Source: Chrysomallon squamiferum
Taxonomy: Eukaryota; Animalia; Mollusca
Direction: 5' to 3'
NCBI GenBank assembly: GCA_012295275.1
Contig: CM022673.1
Coordinates: forward strand, 6,076,001 to 6,140,000
DNA: 64,000 nucleotides
The translations under genes were made by a program, and so were the position numbers. The notes beneath the pieces are model-generated. The model made no database searches, had not been told where the DNA came from, and saw nothing but the letters and a program-made list of their open reading frames with translations. Position 1 is the first letter of the stretch, and each line of letters opens with the position of its first letter. Shown in pieces: positions 30,842-44,206 of this stretch.

Positions 30842-30842
<1 letters not shown>

Positions 30843-32162
30843 TTCTCTTCTTTTTTTTGGCCTCCTTCTTTTTGGTTTGAAATATTTCAGTCTTTATTTA
30901 TTTATTTATTTATTAGTCATCATCATGAATGCCTAACAGTATTATAAGTTAAAAAAAAAAAATTGGAACTGTTTATTTTGATAATAATCAGTAATACCTG
31001 TCCAGACAATCTGATACATTTCCTAAACTGATAGGTAAGCTGATTAATCATTCTTAAATGGTGATTGAATAAATATTTTCACAACTCCTTTACGATATGT
31101 ATGTAACTGCATGTATGTATGTCTGTAAGATACAGTTGTCTTTGAATATAAACACAAAACTGCTCAAAATAATTCAGTGTAATTCAGTGATTGTGTGTGA
31201 GAGAGAGAGAGAAAGAATGAGTCAAAAAGAGAATTAGTGTGACAGAGAGACAGAGTAGGTTAGTCAGAGAGAATGAGAGAAGGAAAGAGCAAGAAAGAAA
31301 GTGAGTGGTAGAGAGAAAGAGATATATAAAGAAAAAAGAAAAAGAAATAGAAAGTGAGAGAACAAGATATTCAAATATTCTGCTGCTTGAAAATGACCAT
31401 TTTGTATGAGTTTTTGTGACTGAATTTATATATTCTTCACATTATGACTACTGCAGAGCATCAGATATGATCAGAATATACATTTCAGTGTTTCTGTAAG
31501 TATATAATTGTATAATGTAAATCTGACCAACTATTTCATCTCTAAATATGACTGTCTGTATCAAACTATTCACTAAGCCATCAACAAAATATACACATAC
31601 ATCTAAATCTCTGTCAGAACACCATAAAATCACTATATTGGGAAAAAAAAGAGAGAGAGAAAGAGACTAACTTTTAATGAAGCTTCATCATCTGACCTTT
31701 ATAAGTAAAAAATATGAGATCAAATGATTATCTGATTTGTTCTGGTTGAACTAATGTGGTTAATCTTGTCTTCTTCACAAAATATCAAATGTTAACTGAA
31801 TTAATGTTCTCAGGAGGATTGGAATGGAATGCTATAGAAGAGACATTATGTCATTCAGATTTCCAAAGCGCTGCCAGTAATGACTAAGTCAGTAGTGTTT
31901 AGATCATGTCTGTTTGACATTCAGCAAATATGTCAGTGGTAAGTACTGCCAGTTGTTTATACTGGGCTTGGTAATGACAGCTGGCAAAGGATCAGTCAAG
32001 AACAGTGACCTTTTTCATAATGAGCAGCAGAGTTTGATTTTAAAAGATCAGTACATCTCAATGACTAATGAAAGAGTTTTCTTCTTTTTTCTTCTTCTTC
32101 CTCTTATTATTATTTCATTATTATCATGTTCATAGTTCTCAACATTATCATTATCATAATAA

Positions 32163-32266
<104 letters not shown>

Positions 32267-35200
32267 GTATCTGAAAGTCCCACACAAACATACACATAAG
32301 CATAGATCAAATGGTTCACTGACCGAATATTTATTTCCTTATTATATTAAAATGTTACCATAATCATCACTTACATATATTTACAACACAATTAACAATA
32401 ATACAGTTGTTCAGGTTTACAACATAATGGGTATGTACACCCATTGCACATGGGTTGCATTTCTTAGAACATAATATTTATGGACAGTTCCTTACTTTTA
32501 ATGGAATAACACTGATAATTTTCTCTGACAATTGTGTGTCACAAATACCTGAGATGATAAAAGAAATAACTTGTTATAAAAATAATAAAATCTTTTTTTT
32601 TAAATGAATTTTTTAATCTGCAGAAATGAACAGGTTACTGTAAGCAAATAAATAAACAAACAAACAAACAAACAATAATCAATAAATAATAATAAATAGA
32701 CACAAAACAAAGTAAATAGATAGTTAAATAATTATAATAAATATATTTTATAAAACAATAAATAAATGGCCCAAAAACACAACTGCAAATAAAATTAAGT
32801 AAAACTACTATAAATAAATAATTAAAATTCAATAATTAACCATAGCAATAAAAAAATTCTATTAAATAAATAAAATAAGTTATAATTTCAACTAGATCTC
32901 CAATCTCTTTTCAATATTTCATGAATCTGACCCTCTCAGTCTCAAATCTTTTTTTTTTTTTTTTTAAATCTTCTTTTTTCTTTTCTTTTTAATTTCATTT
33001 TTTCAATTTTTAATTCAATTTTTTTTTTTATACTTTCTCTGCAAGAATCCTTCAGACTCAACATTATCAAATTTCTCTTGGGTAATAAAACAAAATAAAC
33101 TGATTAATATCCACCTGGCTTTCTGCTTCATATTATTACAAATGGCTGCCATTGTGTGAATCTCTCTCTGTCTCTCTTCTGCCTTAATGAACAACAAACA
33201 AACTCACTGATGCTCATTTCCTGATATCAGCTCACTACCTGACAGGTAAAATATTAATTTTATTGATTCACTTATTAAAGAGTTAATTACAACTTTGCTT
33301 TTTTCTGTGGTTGATCACCTCCAATTCTCCTTAAAAAAAAGAAGATTCTGTTTCTGTCACGTTTGATTCTGCTTAAATGCAGGTTCTTCATCTATCTCAT
33401 ATCAGTTTTACTAACAAATAGATAATCTTTCCCTCTAGTATTATTTCTACTAAGAACTGTCTTCAACACTACTAATGTTCTTTTTATAACAGCAGTGACT
33501 TGGCATAAGCTACTCCTTTAAATTATAGTATTTTCTTTAAGGTGAGTTATTCTTTTTTAATTTTTTTTTTTTTTTTTTTTTTGGTAATAATACTAATTTA
33601 ATAAAAGCTATTCTAGACAAAAAGAAGTCTTGAAGATTGAAAACACACATCTGTTTTGAAGTAAACATATTAGTTTAGCTTTGTGTGAATCTGTTCACAT
33701 TAGCAATATGGAACTCCTCTAGGATTAGGGTCCCTCAAGCTTAAGCTTCACTGGTTCCATAGTAATTCTGCATCAGACTGGTTCTTCCTTTCCACTCACT
33801 TTGCTCTGCTTATTTAACTCTTTGCTGTACTTAGCATTAAGGAAGAAAAAAAGAAAAAGAAAAAATATGAATACAGTACCCTACACTTGTCTAGTTCAGT
33901 AGGAATTAAATGCCAAAGTCCTGATTCTTCTAGCTGGGATGTAATCTGGAGGCTCAACTACAGTACAGCATCCATTCATCCCTAAACTTTACTGTTCTCA
34001 GTAGTAGTGATCCAATCACAACAGCAGACCTGCTGTAGAATTTAGCAAAGGACCCATCAATTATAATAAACAGATTTTTTTATATATATATATATATAAT
34101 ATAGTGTAGTATAATGATCATTGTGTTAACTTAAGATAGTCTTTTAATTTATAAGACATTGAAGGTTTCTTTACCGTAAGTTATTCTTTTCTATAATAAT
34201 ACTGATTTAGCATAAGTTACTCCTTTAACTTGTCGAGTCTTCTTTAAACATAAAGTATTCTTCAGTCATTTTCAGTCACAAGATAATTTTTTTTTTCTAT
34301 TAACACAGGTCTAACACAAGTTACTCCTTTAACTTATGGAGCTCTTGTGAACATGTGAGTTATTCTTTTCTCAAGTAATTGGACTGACAATAAACAATAC
34401 TGAGACACTGAAATTATCCGCGGCTAAATAAATATATTTGATCAATGTTTCACAGATCAAACGTCTATTTAACTTTCATTTTTCTTTGATGGATGAAAAT
34501 CCCCACACAACACAAACTGCCTCCATAATTCATATCTGCAAATCTCCATAAGCTCCTCTTCTAATCGACGGAACCCAAAGAATTATTTATCTTGTAATCT
34601 GAAGTCATTTTGCTTAAGATTTATTTACTTCTTGTAAAAAGAGATAATAAAGAAAAATATGAAGAAATTATGATTTAAACAGAAGCAGAACGCTGAGGAA
34701 ATGTATAAGAAAAAAAAAAAATTATTTTTTTAGTTTACAATCTCAGGACAGATATATTGATCAGAGAATTATTTTTTTTTTTTTTAGGGTGATAATTTTC
34801 CACTGGGTTTGTGGTTAAGAGAATTTAACCTGTCAACAAGGAAATTGTAGGAGATTAATTCTGTTTATTTATGTTGGATGTTATGTAGCAAAGATGAGGG
34901 TAAAAGATGGCTGAATTTTTTTTTTTTTTTTTTTTTTTTTTAATAAAGTGTTTACACATTAACTTTATCCTGTTGTAACTGTTAACAAAGAGTCTCTGGT
35001 GTTGCTGTGAGAAATTAATGGGTTAATATGAAGTAACAAGATTTGTTGTTGTTTTTTTGGCTCTATTAATAAAGTGATTTATTAATGACAGGACATCACT
35101 TGTCAGATAGTTTATAGGAAATAATATTTTAATGTGCTGGTATAATTAACAAATCTCACAGACAGAGTGAACTTTGAACTGGATATTGTGTTCTTTTTGC

Positions 35201-36715
35201 TGATCAAGCTTAATTTAAAATTTTAGACAGATTATTTCAAATCAGTTGTTAGTCAAAGATTTATATGCCTTTTTTTTTTTCTTGTTGTTTTTTTATTTTC
35301 TTTTTTCTCATACTTTTTCTATTTTATTCACTTTGGCTCTCTGTCGCTTTATGTTTCTCTTATTTTCCTTTTGTTCTTTTTAAATCTTTTTTCTTTCTTT
35401 CCTTATATATCTCCCCCTCTCCCTTACTCTCTCCTTGTCAGTTTGTATCTCTCTCTCTTTCTCTCTCTCTATTTCACCCTGTCACACACAACTGCCTGTC
35501 TGAAATTGATGTCTTTAGCTTTTCATACAACTTGGTTATTTTTCTAAGAGCCACCAACAGAAATACACAAAACCTCCCACTTCGGGATCTAATCCCATTG
35601 ATGGAAACAAGTAACATAATCTACCACATTCAAAAAAAAAAAAAAAAAGTATTATTATAATTTTTTTTTTAACTCTTTATATCTTAGCCTTTTTATATCA
35701 ATTTTTCATTACTTCAGTACAAGAATAACTTGCCCTAAATGGTCTTCTAACAGTGCAGTAAGGTTAATATCCAAGTATGAGTATACTGGATTACATGTTT
35801 CTGCATGAAGAAACAATCTAATATGTACAGCTATATTCAGTGTAACAAAGATGCTGGTTTGGGATGATGATTTAGGTGGCAAAAAAACATGCTGGTAGTA
35901 GGGGGTGTTGCATTTTCATCAAATTAATGACTACCAAAGGGCAGGAAGATGAAGAGAAATAAGGACATAAAATAATTATTTTTTAAAAACAAATTGTATT
36001 TATAGATTACATAACTTTTAACATATATAGTTAAGGATCATACAAATAATGAGAATATTCACCAGCTGCTGTCATAAAATGGGCCACACTTTCTGATTAA
36101 TAGCAAGGAAGGTTTTTATATGCATCCATCCCATGGACAGCAAAGTATTAAGCATATGTTTTGTTACATCAGTAGTGAGTAATAATGGGAAATGTTTTGT
36201 ATTAAGGCAAAGTGAATTAGGCAAAGTATGGGGGCAAAAAGTTATAAAAATAAATTGATGACAGAACAGAAAGAAATTAAAGAGAAATGAGGGAAAAGGG
36301 CTGAGCATCAAGCAAATCATGATGATGATGTTTTGGGATGATGGTGCTGATTATATCACTTCTGTGGTTATAAGGGACTGTATGGTATGGTAGGGTATAT
36401 ACAAAAGAGTACAGGCAGTGGTGAGACAGTGTCTTATCAAAGATCTAATAGCAACAGAGAGGTTTAACAAATGATTAAATGAATAAATGATTCCATACAG
36501 TCAAAAATATACAGCAACATATTCAACATATGGGCATTTTGGGTATGATTCCATAAAGTGAATGTATGCACAAAAATACAACAACAAAACGTATCACAGA
36601 ACAGCTATATGAGATGGTGGAATGATTCGATTCAGAGATTCTTGTGCAAAGAAACATAACAACAAACTTGTCAAGAGGGGTCTGTGAGGTAAGGTGGAGT
36701 GATTCCATATGGGAG

Positions 36716-36749
<34 letters not shown>

Positions 36750-37170
36750 CGTCAGTGAATTTGTGATAAAATGTCTCTATGGGGAGGTGGATTGAATGGA
36801 GTAGGTGGGGGAGCGAAAGGAAATCCAAATCGAATTGCATTCTTTGCAAGGAAGAGATAAGTAAATTGGGTCAGCAAATCACATTCATCAGAAGCCATTT
36901 ACAGAACAATTTTATCCACCATCAAAGCCCTGACGCTTTCAGCGTTGTGTAGATTACTTCAGTAAATGTAATGACAAACCTATTGCACACTGCAGTGAGA
37001 GAAAAAATCTGCCGAATCGGAAAACATGTACAAGTCCGGAATCCATTTTGATATTCTGGGTCATCGTCCAATCATTTGCATTTTACTGTTACCGATAATG
37101 ATGGGTCTCAGACAACAATTTGTTTCCTTCTGTTTCTGCTTGTAAAAATAGGAAAGAGGTATGATTATTG

Positions 37171-37209
<39 letters not shown>

Positions 37210-38869
37210 TTGCTTTTTGTGTTGATGTATTTTAAGTGGGAAAGGAATTTTGTGAAAGAAATGTTTGTAATGGAATTGGAAGTTATTGTATGAAAGGCCA
37301 TCTTGTCTGTTTTAGTGTATGTGTGTGTACATTATCTGTTTGTATATATGTACATATGTATGTATATGCTAATATATTTTTATAAGAACTCTTTTATTAA
37401 CATATTTGATTAATAAAGCCAATACTATATGGATTTTTAAAAGAAAATATTGAGAATGTGAAAGAGAAAAACCATTTAAAACCATTATTTCATTTTAACA
37501 TAATTCTGTTTTGAAAACACTTCTTTCTATCAATCTCATCTTTATTCCTTTATTCCCACTTTCTTTTCTTCATTCATTCAAAAGATATTCCTTTCTTCTT
37601 TCCATCATTCTTCACTTTCTTCTATTATTCTTTCCTTTCTTTACCTACGTTGCCAAGGTAACTCCAACTGACACAGGTGTGTAATGGTGTGGGTGTGATG
37701 TGCACATGGGGTGATGGGGCAAACTGGTACATTTTTTAACACACAGAAGGTCTTGTTCAGTGTCTGGAAATGAAGTTAATAAAGTGATACCAATAAATGA
37801 AGAGGTGCTTGGAAACTGGAAGTAAAACTATATCTTTGACTGTGTCCTACTGGAACAGTTTATGAGTTATGCCTGAATTCTGGTTTTTATAATTTATTTT
37901 TTATAATAATGATGTTGATGATAATGGTGATAAGATAGTGATGATAATGATAATGATGATCTTGGTAATTATGATAATGAATAATGATAATACTGATAAT
38001 AATAATGGACAATGATGATGATGACAATGATGATGATGATGATAATTATAATGATAATGATAGGGATGATAACAATAATAAGTAAGACTTTATGAAAGAA
38101 CAAATGAAAATAATAATAATTACAGTAAATAAATGTAATAAACAAAACATTATATCTGTGTGTGTGTGTGTGTGTGTGTCTGTCTGTGTCTAAAAACCAG
38201 TAATAATAATATATTAATAAATAATTAAGGAAAATACCAAAAGCAACACTTGAAAACCAAAATCATGCGAAACATCATCAAACCTGTTTTCCATTCATTC
38301 CAGCTTCACCACCACCATCAACAACATCACCACCACCATCATCATCATCATCATCATCATCATCGTCAGTGCTGTACATAGCGGCTGACCTGGCCGATGT
38401 AGTCAAGTGTGTGTTAGAAGAGATGGAAGACAAGGGTTTTAAAGAGAAGAATTCCAATTATTGTCATAACAGGCTCAAGGAGTGAGATGGTGATCAATAG
38501 TGTCTATCTGAACCAGCAAACAACTGACCTCTATGATGAATCTGTTGTGATTTCACTTGCACAGAGTGATGGTCACTTAAGTATAGGCGTTATTTGCATG
38601 TAGATGACCAAAGATGACCACTCGTAATTATAGTAAGTGTATATTTAATAATAATATACTGGTGTGAGATATAGGATATATGTATATATGTATATATTGC
38701 CAGAGATGACCACTTATGTTGAATACTATGCTAGTGTGAGATACATGATGTAGATGACCAGATATTGTTACAGTGAGTGTATATGTAATAACAATGTACT
38801 GGCTTGAGATAAACTTAAAGGATTTAAATGACCAACGATGATAATTTATTATTATTGTGAGTGTGTCTC

Positions 38870-38870
<1 letters not shown>

Positions 38871-38925
<55 letters not shown>

Positions 38926-39345
38926 TATTGATTGATGTTAGAATTTAGATGACCAAATATGACCAATTATTATTATTATTACTGTGAGTGTATATGTAAA
39001 AGTAATATATTGGTTTGGAGATGTAAGATTATTGTTCTTCTTATTATTATTATTGTTGTTGTTGTTGTTGTTGTTGTTATTGTTGTTGTTGTTGTTGTTA
39101 TCATTGGTGTTGTTGTTGTTTTATTATTGCTATTATTATTGTTGCTGTTGTTGTTGTTATTATTGTTGTTGTTGTTATCATCATTACTCTTGTTGTTTTA
39201 TTATTGCTATTATTATTGTTGTTGTTGTTGTTATCATCATTATTGTTGTGGTTGTTTTATTATTGTTGTTGTTGCTGTTGCTGTTGTTGTTGTTATCATC
39301 ATTATTGTTGTGGTTGTTTTATTATTATTATTATTATTATTATTT
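38871..39345. repeat. (AAT)n followed by compound (GTT/ATT)n tract
   Basis: Visible; source of the 155- and 162-aa spurious ORFs. Confidence 0.9.
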
Positions 39346-39669
39346 TACTTCAGTTTACTTTCTTTTAGGTGGATGTGGGCTAACAACTGCTGTGCTTGGA
39401 AACAAGGACATGCATCATTTGTCTAAAATGTCTGTCAATAGAGAAATCTCTTTTCTTTTTTTGTTTTGCTAACATGATAAAAGTGAATAAGCATTCCCAA
39501 GAGCAATGGAACAAAATGACATTTAAAATAAAGCCTGATTGCATGGGAGCCACTGAAAGCATGTGAAATGGAATATATTTGTTCACGTTACATCACAATA
39601 TCTGGCCACAGCCTGCAAAATGCATTTCATTACAGTCTGTTTGTTATGCAACAGTGGATCGCTTTTGTA

Positions 39670-40325
39670 CACAGTGGAATATTATTTTATATGGTATGGG
39701 AACATTGATGAATAACTTGGGAACATTTGTGTACAGAGTGGAACATTATTATGCAAGCTAGGAACATGTTTTCGTAATGTGGAACATTAAATTTTTAACA
39801 TTATCATACGATTGTGGAGCATTTGTGTACATACTGGAACATTGTACACAGTTAGGAACATGTTTTTGTGATGTGGAACATTATTATGCAGTTTGGAAAA
39901 TAATCCTGTATCTATGGAACACTTTTTGTAAACTGTTGAACATTATAATACAATAATAGAACACTTGTTATTCACTATGCAGCATTATTAAATGACTATG
40001 AAACATAGAATGTAGAACATAATAATAATTGTAGCTAGGAACATTTTTCAAGAATGTTAAATGTAATGGAAAATTTTTATACAGTATGGAACATTATCAA
40101 TAGAACACTTTTTACAATGTGGAACAATGTAACTAGCATAAGACAACTTTATATAGTACAGAACATTACAACAAGTATGGAACATTTTATATACAGTGTT
40201 ATAATTGTATCAGTACTTAACAGTGGAGCAATTATACATTGTGGAACATTATAACCGAACAAGGAGTTAATATTACTGTGCAGTTGTGGGACATTGTTTT
40301 TGTAGCTATGGAACATTATGACACT
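39670..40325. repeat. ~20-bp highly degenerate minisatellite with core TGGAACATT
   Basis: ggaacat or gaacat recurs many times at ~20-bp periodicity. Confidence 0.85.
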
Positions 40326-40484
40326 TTTCAAAGATCATTTATATATCCCAGTCATTGCAGACAGGGTAGAAGTGAAAAATAAAGTGGAGATATTCTGTGT
40401 CAGAATATCAACATTATATTTACACACAAAATGCCCTGATTTTAGAGAGGATAAAATTTAATTAAAAAAAATATCAACCTTGAA

Positions 40485-40549
40485 AAGAATTTCATTTTAT
40501 TCAAGACAGAACAGAAAAATGAATAAGATATATTCAGTTTCAAAATAAA

Positions 40550-40600
<51 letters not shown>

Positions 40601-40764
40601 CATTTTTTTTTTTTAATTTCCTGGTTTTACAGGGTTCTTACTAAAGAACGTATAATTTAATCTAAGATTTTTATTTGTGAAAAAAATACCAGCCATAAAA
40701 ACAATTTCATTTTGTAGAAGATAGAACAGAAAAATAAAAAGAGATATTCAGCATCAGCATGTAC

Positions 40765-40804
<40 letters not shown>

Positions 40805-40910
40805 ATTTCCTGGTTTTAGAGTTCTTAATAAAGAAAGGACAATTTAATTAAAGATTTTTATTTGTGAAACAAAAAAATATACGAGCCAAAAAAAGAATTT
40901 CATTTTGTTG
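40485..40910. repeat. ~190-215-bp tandem duplication, each unit embedding a (CA)n tract
   Basis: aatttcatttt...agaacagaaaaat...(CA)n...atttcctggtttta...aagatttttatttgtgaaa occurs twice, plus a third start. Confidence 0.85.
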
Positions 40911-41017
40911 TCTCTACATGCTGTAATATTAATCAAGTAATTAAGCAAAAAAACAGATGCATCAGGCAAATCAAATTCAAAAATCATCTCCGGCTAATTG
41001 AAAGATATGTATGTGAT

Positions 41018-41200
41018 CATCTGATTTCTGCTAGATTAAAATACATGTAGGTATCAAGAACTGAGCATCTGATTTCTGCTAGATTAAAATACATGAAGGT
41101 ATCAAGAACTGAGCATCTGATTTTTGCTAGATTAAAATATGTACATGTAGATAGCAAGACTGCAGTATCCGATTTCTGATGTATTAGCAGACATGTAGAT
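41018..41200. repeat. 48-bp minisatellite, ~3.5 copies
   Basis: catctgatttctgctagattaaaatacatgtaggtatcaagaactgag at 41018, 41066 and 41114. Confidence 0.92.
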
Positions 41201-41209
41201 CTGAAGTCT

Positions 41210-41780
41210 ACAAATACCTGTACTTTGATCAATGTCAGTATATCATGATTAAAATACTTATCGATGCCTACATTAACATAGGTATACTTTAACATACCTG
41301 TAAAAAGATTAATATACCTATATCTTAATTTACCTGTACCTTCACCATAGTTAAATTAACATATATTTTTTTTATATAGATTAATATAGCTTTACCTAAC
41401 CATACACTTACTTTGATTAAGATACCTCCTACCTAGATCAACCAGCCTGGGGTAAGATTAATACACCTGTACTTAAATTAATATATCTATACCTTGATTA
41501 AGACATCCATACCTAATTAGTATTTGTATACCTTATTATACTATATGATTAATATATTAATATTGTCATTAACAAACCTCTTTCTAGATATTTAAAAATA
41601 TCTAATTAAGATGCCTTACAATGATTAAAATGCACATACTTTAATATATGTACCTTAATATACATGTCTGTACAATTACTAACAAAACTTATTAAGTGTA
41701 CCAAGATGAGTTCCCTTGATGAATATATTAACAGTTACCTAGATTAATAAACCTGTTTCTTAATTAACACACCTGTATGT
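41210..41780. repeat. ~20-bp degenerate repeat (GATTAATATACCT-like)
   Basis: Recurring attaa and tacct motifs. Confidence 0.7.
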
Positions 41781-41905
41781 CAGTGTAAGGTTTTGATGAG
41801 AAAAACAGAAAAAGTTAATAAACTGGTAACATGATGATAACAATCAATAAAAAAATATATATATACACTATAAACATCCTGAGTACACAAAAGCATAAAA
41901 GTAAT

Positions 41906-41965
<60 letters not shown>

Positions 41966-43159
41966 GTAGTAGTAATAATAATAATAATTATAATAATTGT
42001 AGTAGTAATAATAATAATAATAATAATATAAAAAAATATATATGTAAAACTGCTAGAAAAAAATTAACAAGTTGGCATCATCTAATTTCTTTTTTTAAAT
42101 TAAGATAAATCTTTGCAGATATATTAAAATGAAGTGTATATGAGCAGCCAATTTCTTTTGTTTTTTAATGTGACATTATATACTACTCGTGTACTACTCT
42201 TTTCAGTCAGATTCAATAGACCTTTTAGAATGTACCTATATAAAAGTATGGTCTTTAATACATCAGTTATGAGGCTGTAGTTGGAATGGAACAACAGTTA
42301 GAACAGAATAGTAGCTTGAATGGATTACTAGGTGGAACAGAACAGTGGTCACAAAGTACTGTAGTTGCAATGGTACTGCAGCTGGAATGAACAGTAACTG
42401 GAATTGAACAGTAGTTTGAATAGAACAATAGTTAAAACATCACTGAAGTTGGAACAGGACAAAACATAATGATCACTTCAAAAAAAAAAAAAAAAAAAAT
42501 GATACTATAATCCACCATATTTTCAAACAAAATGTTCTAGTAGCAGAGTCAAAGCGCTCCAACCACAGAACAGGTTCATTCTGAGATTTCAAGTCCCCCA
42601 GAAACTCAAGTGTGTGAGACAAGACAAGACAATGCATTAGCATGCAACTCCAGCCCTGTCCATTTATCTCGCTGTTAATGGCAATCTCAGTTTGTCACTG
42701 GTTTGTACACCGCCACAATTGCCTCACTTTAGCCTGCCAGTAATCAGATCAAGTGTTTTGCATTTGTGCGCAAGCCAAGCGAGAATGCAGCGTAAGATGC
42801 TATCCAAAACGCACTCGACATAAACTAACAGTTATCTGCTGCACACAATTGATATCAGGATAATTTTCACTGACGGGTGTAATCTGTGATGTCTGAGTCC
42901 AGTGTGTTAAAAAGAGAGAGAGAGAGAGAGAGAGGGAGGTTATGGATTTTATCTGGGACTGCAGAATGCCAGTGGCTGAGAGTCTTTTTGCAGGTGGTAA
43001 ATACTGTGACAAAGTATTAAATTATTAACTGTTTACGTCTGTGTGTTTGTGTGTGGCAGAGGTACAGGTGTAATGTACATATATACCCACTTGCACACAT
43101 ATACATATATATAAATACTTACACACATACAAACATATAGATACATCCAACCATCCATC

Positions 43160-43176
43160 CATACATACATATACAT

Positions 43177-43209
<33 letters not shown>

Positions 43210-43655
43210 TACATACATACATACATACATACACACATACATACATACACACACACATACACATACATACATACATACACACACACATACATACATACAT
43301 CCATCATCCATCCATCCATATATATATATATATATAAACTGTAACTAAGGCAATTACAAGGTTACAAACTGACAAAAAGTTAATATGATTATTTAACACT
43401 GTAGTCATTATGTCAGCAGATGGTTACATTTATGTGTTGTATTGACAGTCAAAGGTTTTATAAGCAGATGAATGATCAAAGAAATCCCCTTTTTTGTCTC
43501 CATTCAAGTATGAAATGTATTTTATTGATGTGTTTATATGTATTCTATTTGTGTTTGTATAAACACATACATGTATGTATGTATGTATGTATGTATGTTT
43601 TTGTTATGTATGTATGTATGTATGTATGTATGTATGTATGTATGTATGTATGTGT
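43160..43655. repeat. (CATA)n-rich tract at 43160-43300 and complementary (TATG)n tract at 43571-43655
   Basis: Visible. Confidence 0.9.
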
Positions 43656-44172
43656 ATACATGAGTCACCCTCCTCTCTGTATTTAACTCAGACACAGACA
43701 TGCACACATCTAACAACTATTACAAATAAATATTTGCTGAACCTTTGTTCATTGATTCAACAAATGATAGCTTTGAATGCAAAAACTACGTGTATGAATC
43801 ATTGTGCTATAAATGACTTCATTTATTTCATTTCACATTGAACTGTTTTGTAACAATGCACTCGTAAACCCCTGCAATTATAGCAAGACATACAAACAGT
43901 TTATTTTATAAATTTGTTAAATATAATGTACACTACAGGTTATTGACTTTTTCATCAGCAACAATTCTAAATATAATAGAATATGATAGGATCATTCAGA
44001 GATGAATTTTTATAGGTTAGCCTAATCTTCTGTACATTATTCATAATAAACTCTAATAGTGATATGCATTTATTAAAATGCTTTATAATTATTGTTTGTA
44101 TGGATATATTTATACGTGTGTATGTGTTTATGTACATGTGTGTGTGTATATTTGTGTATGTATGTATGTATG

Positions 44173-44206
<34 letters not shown>

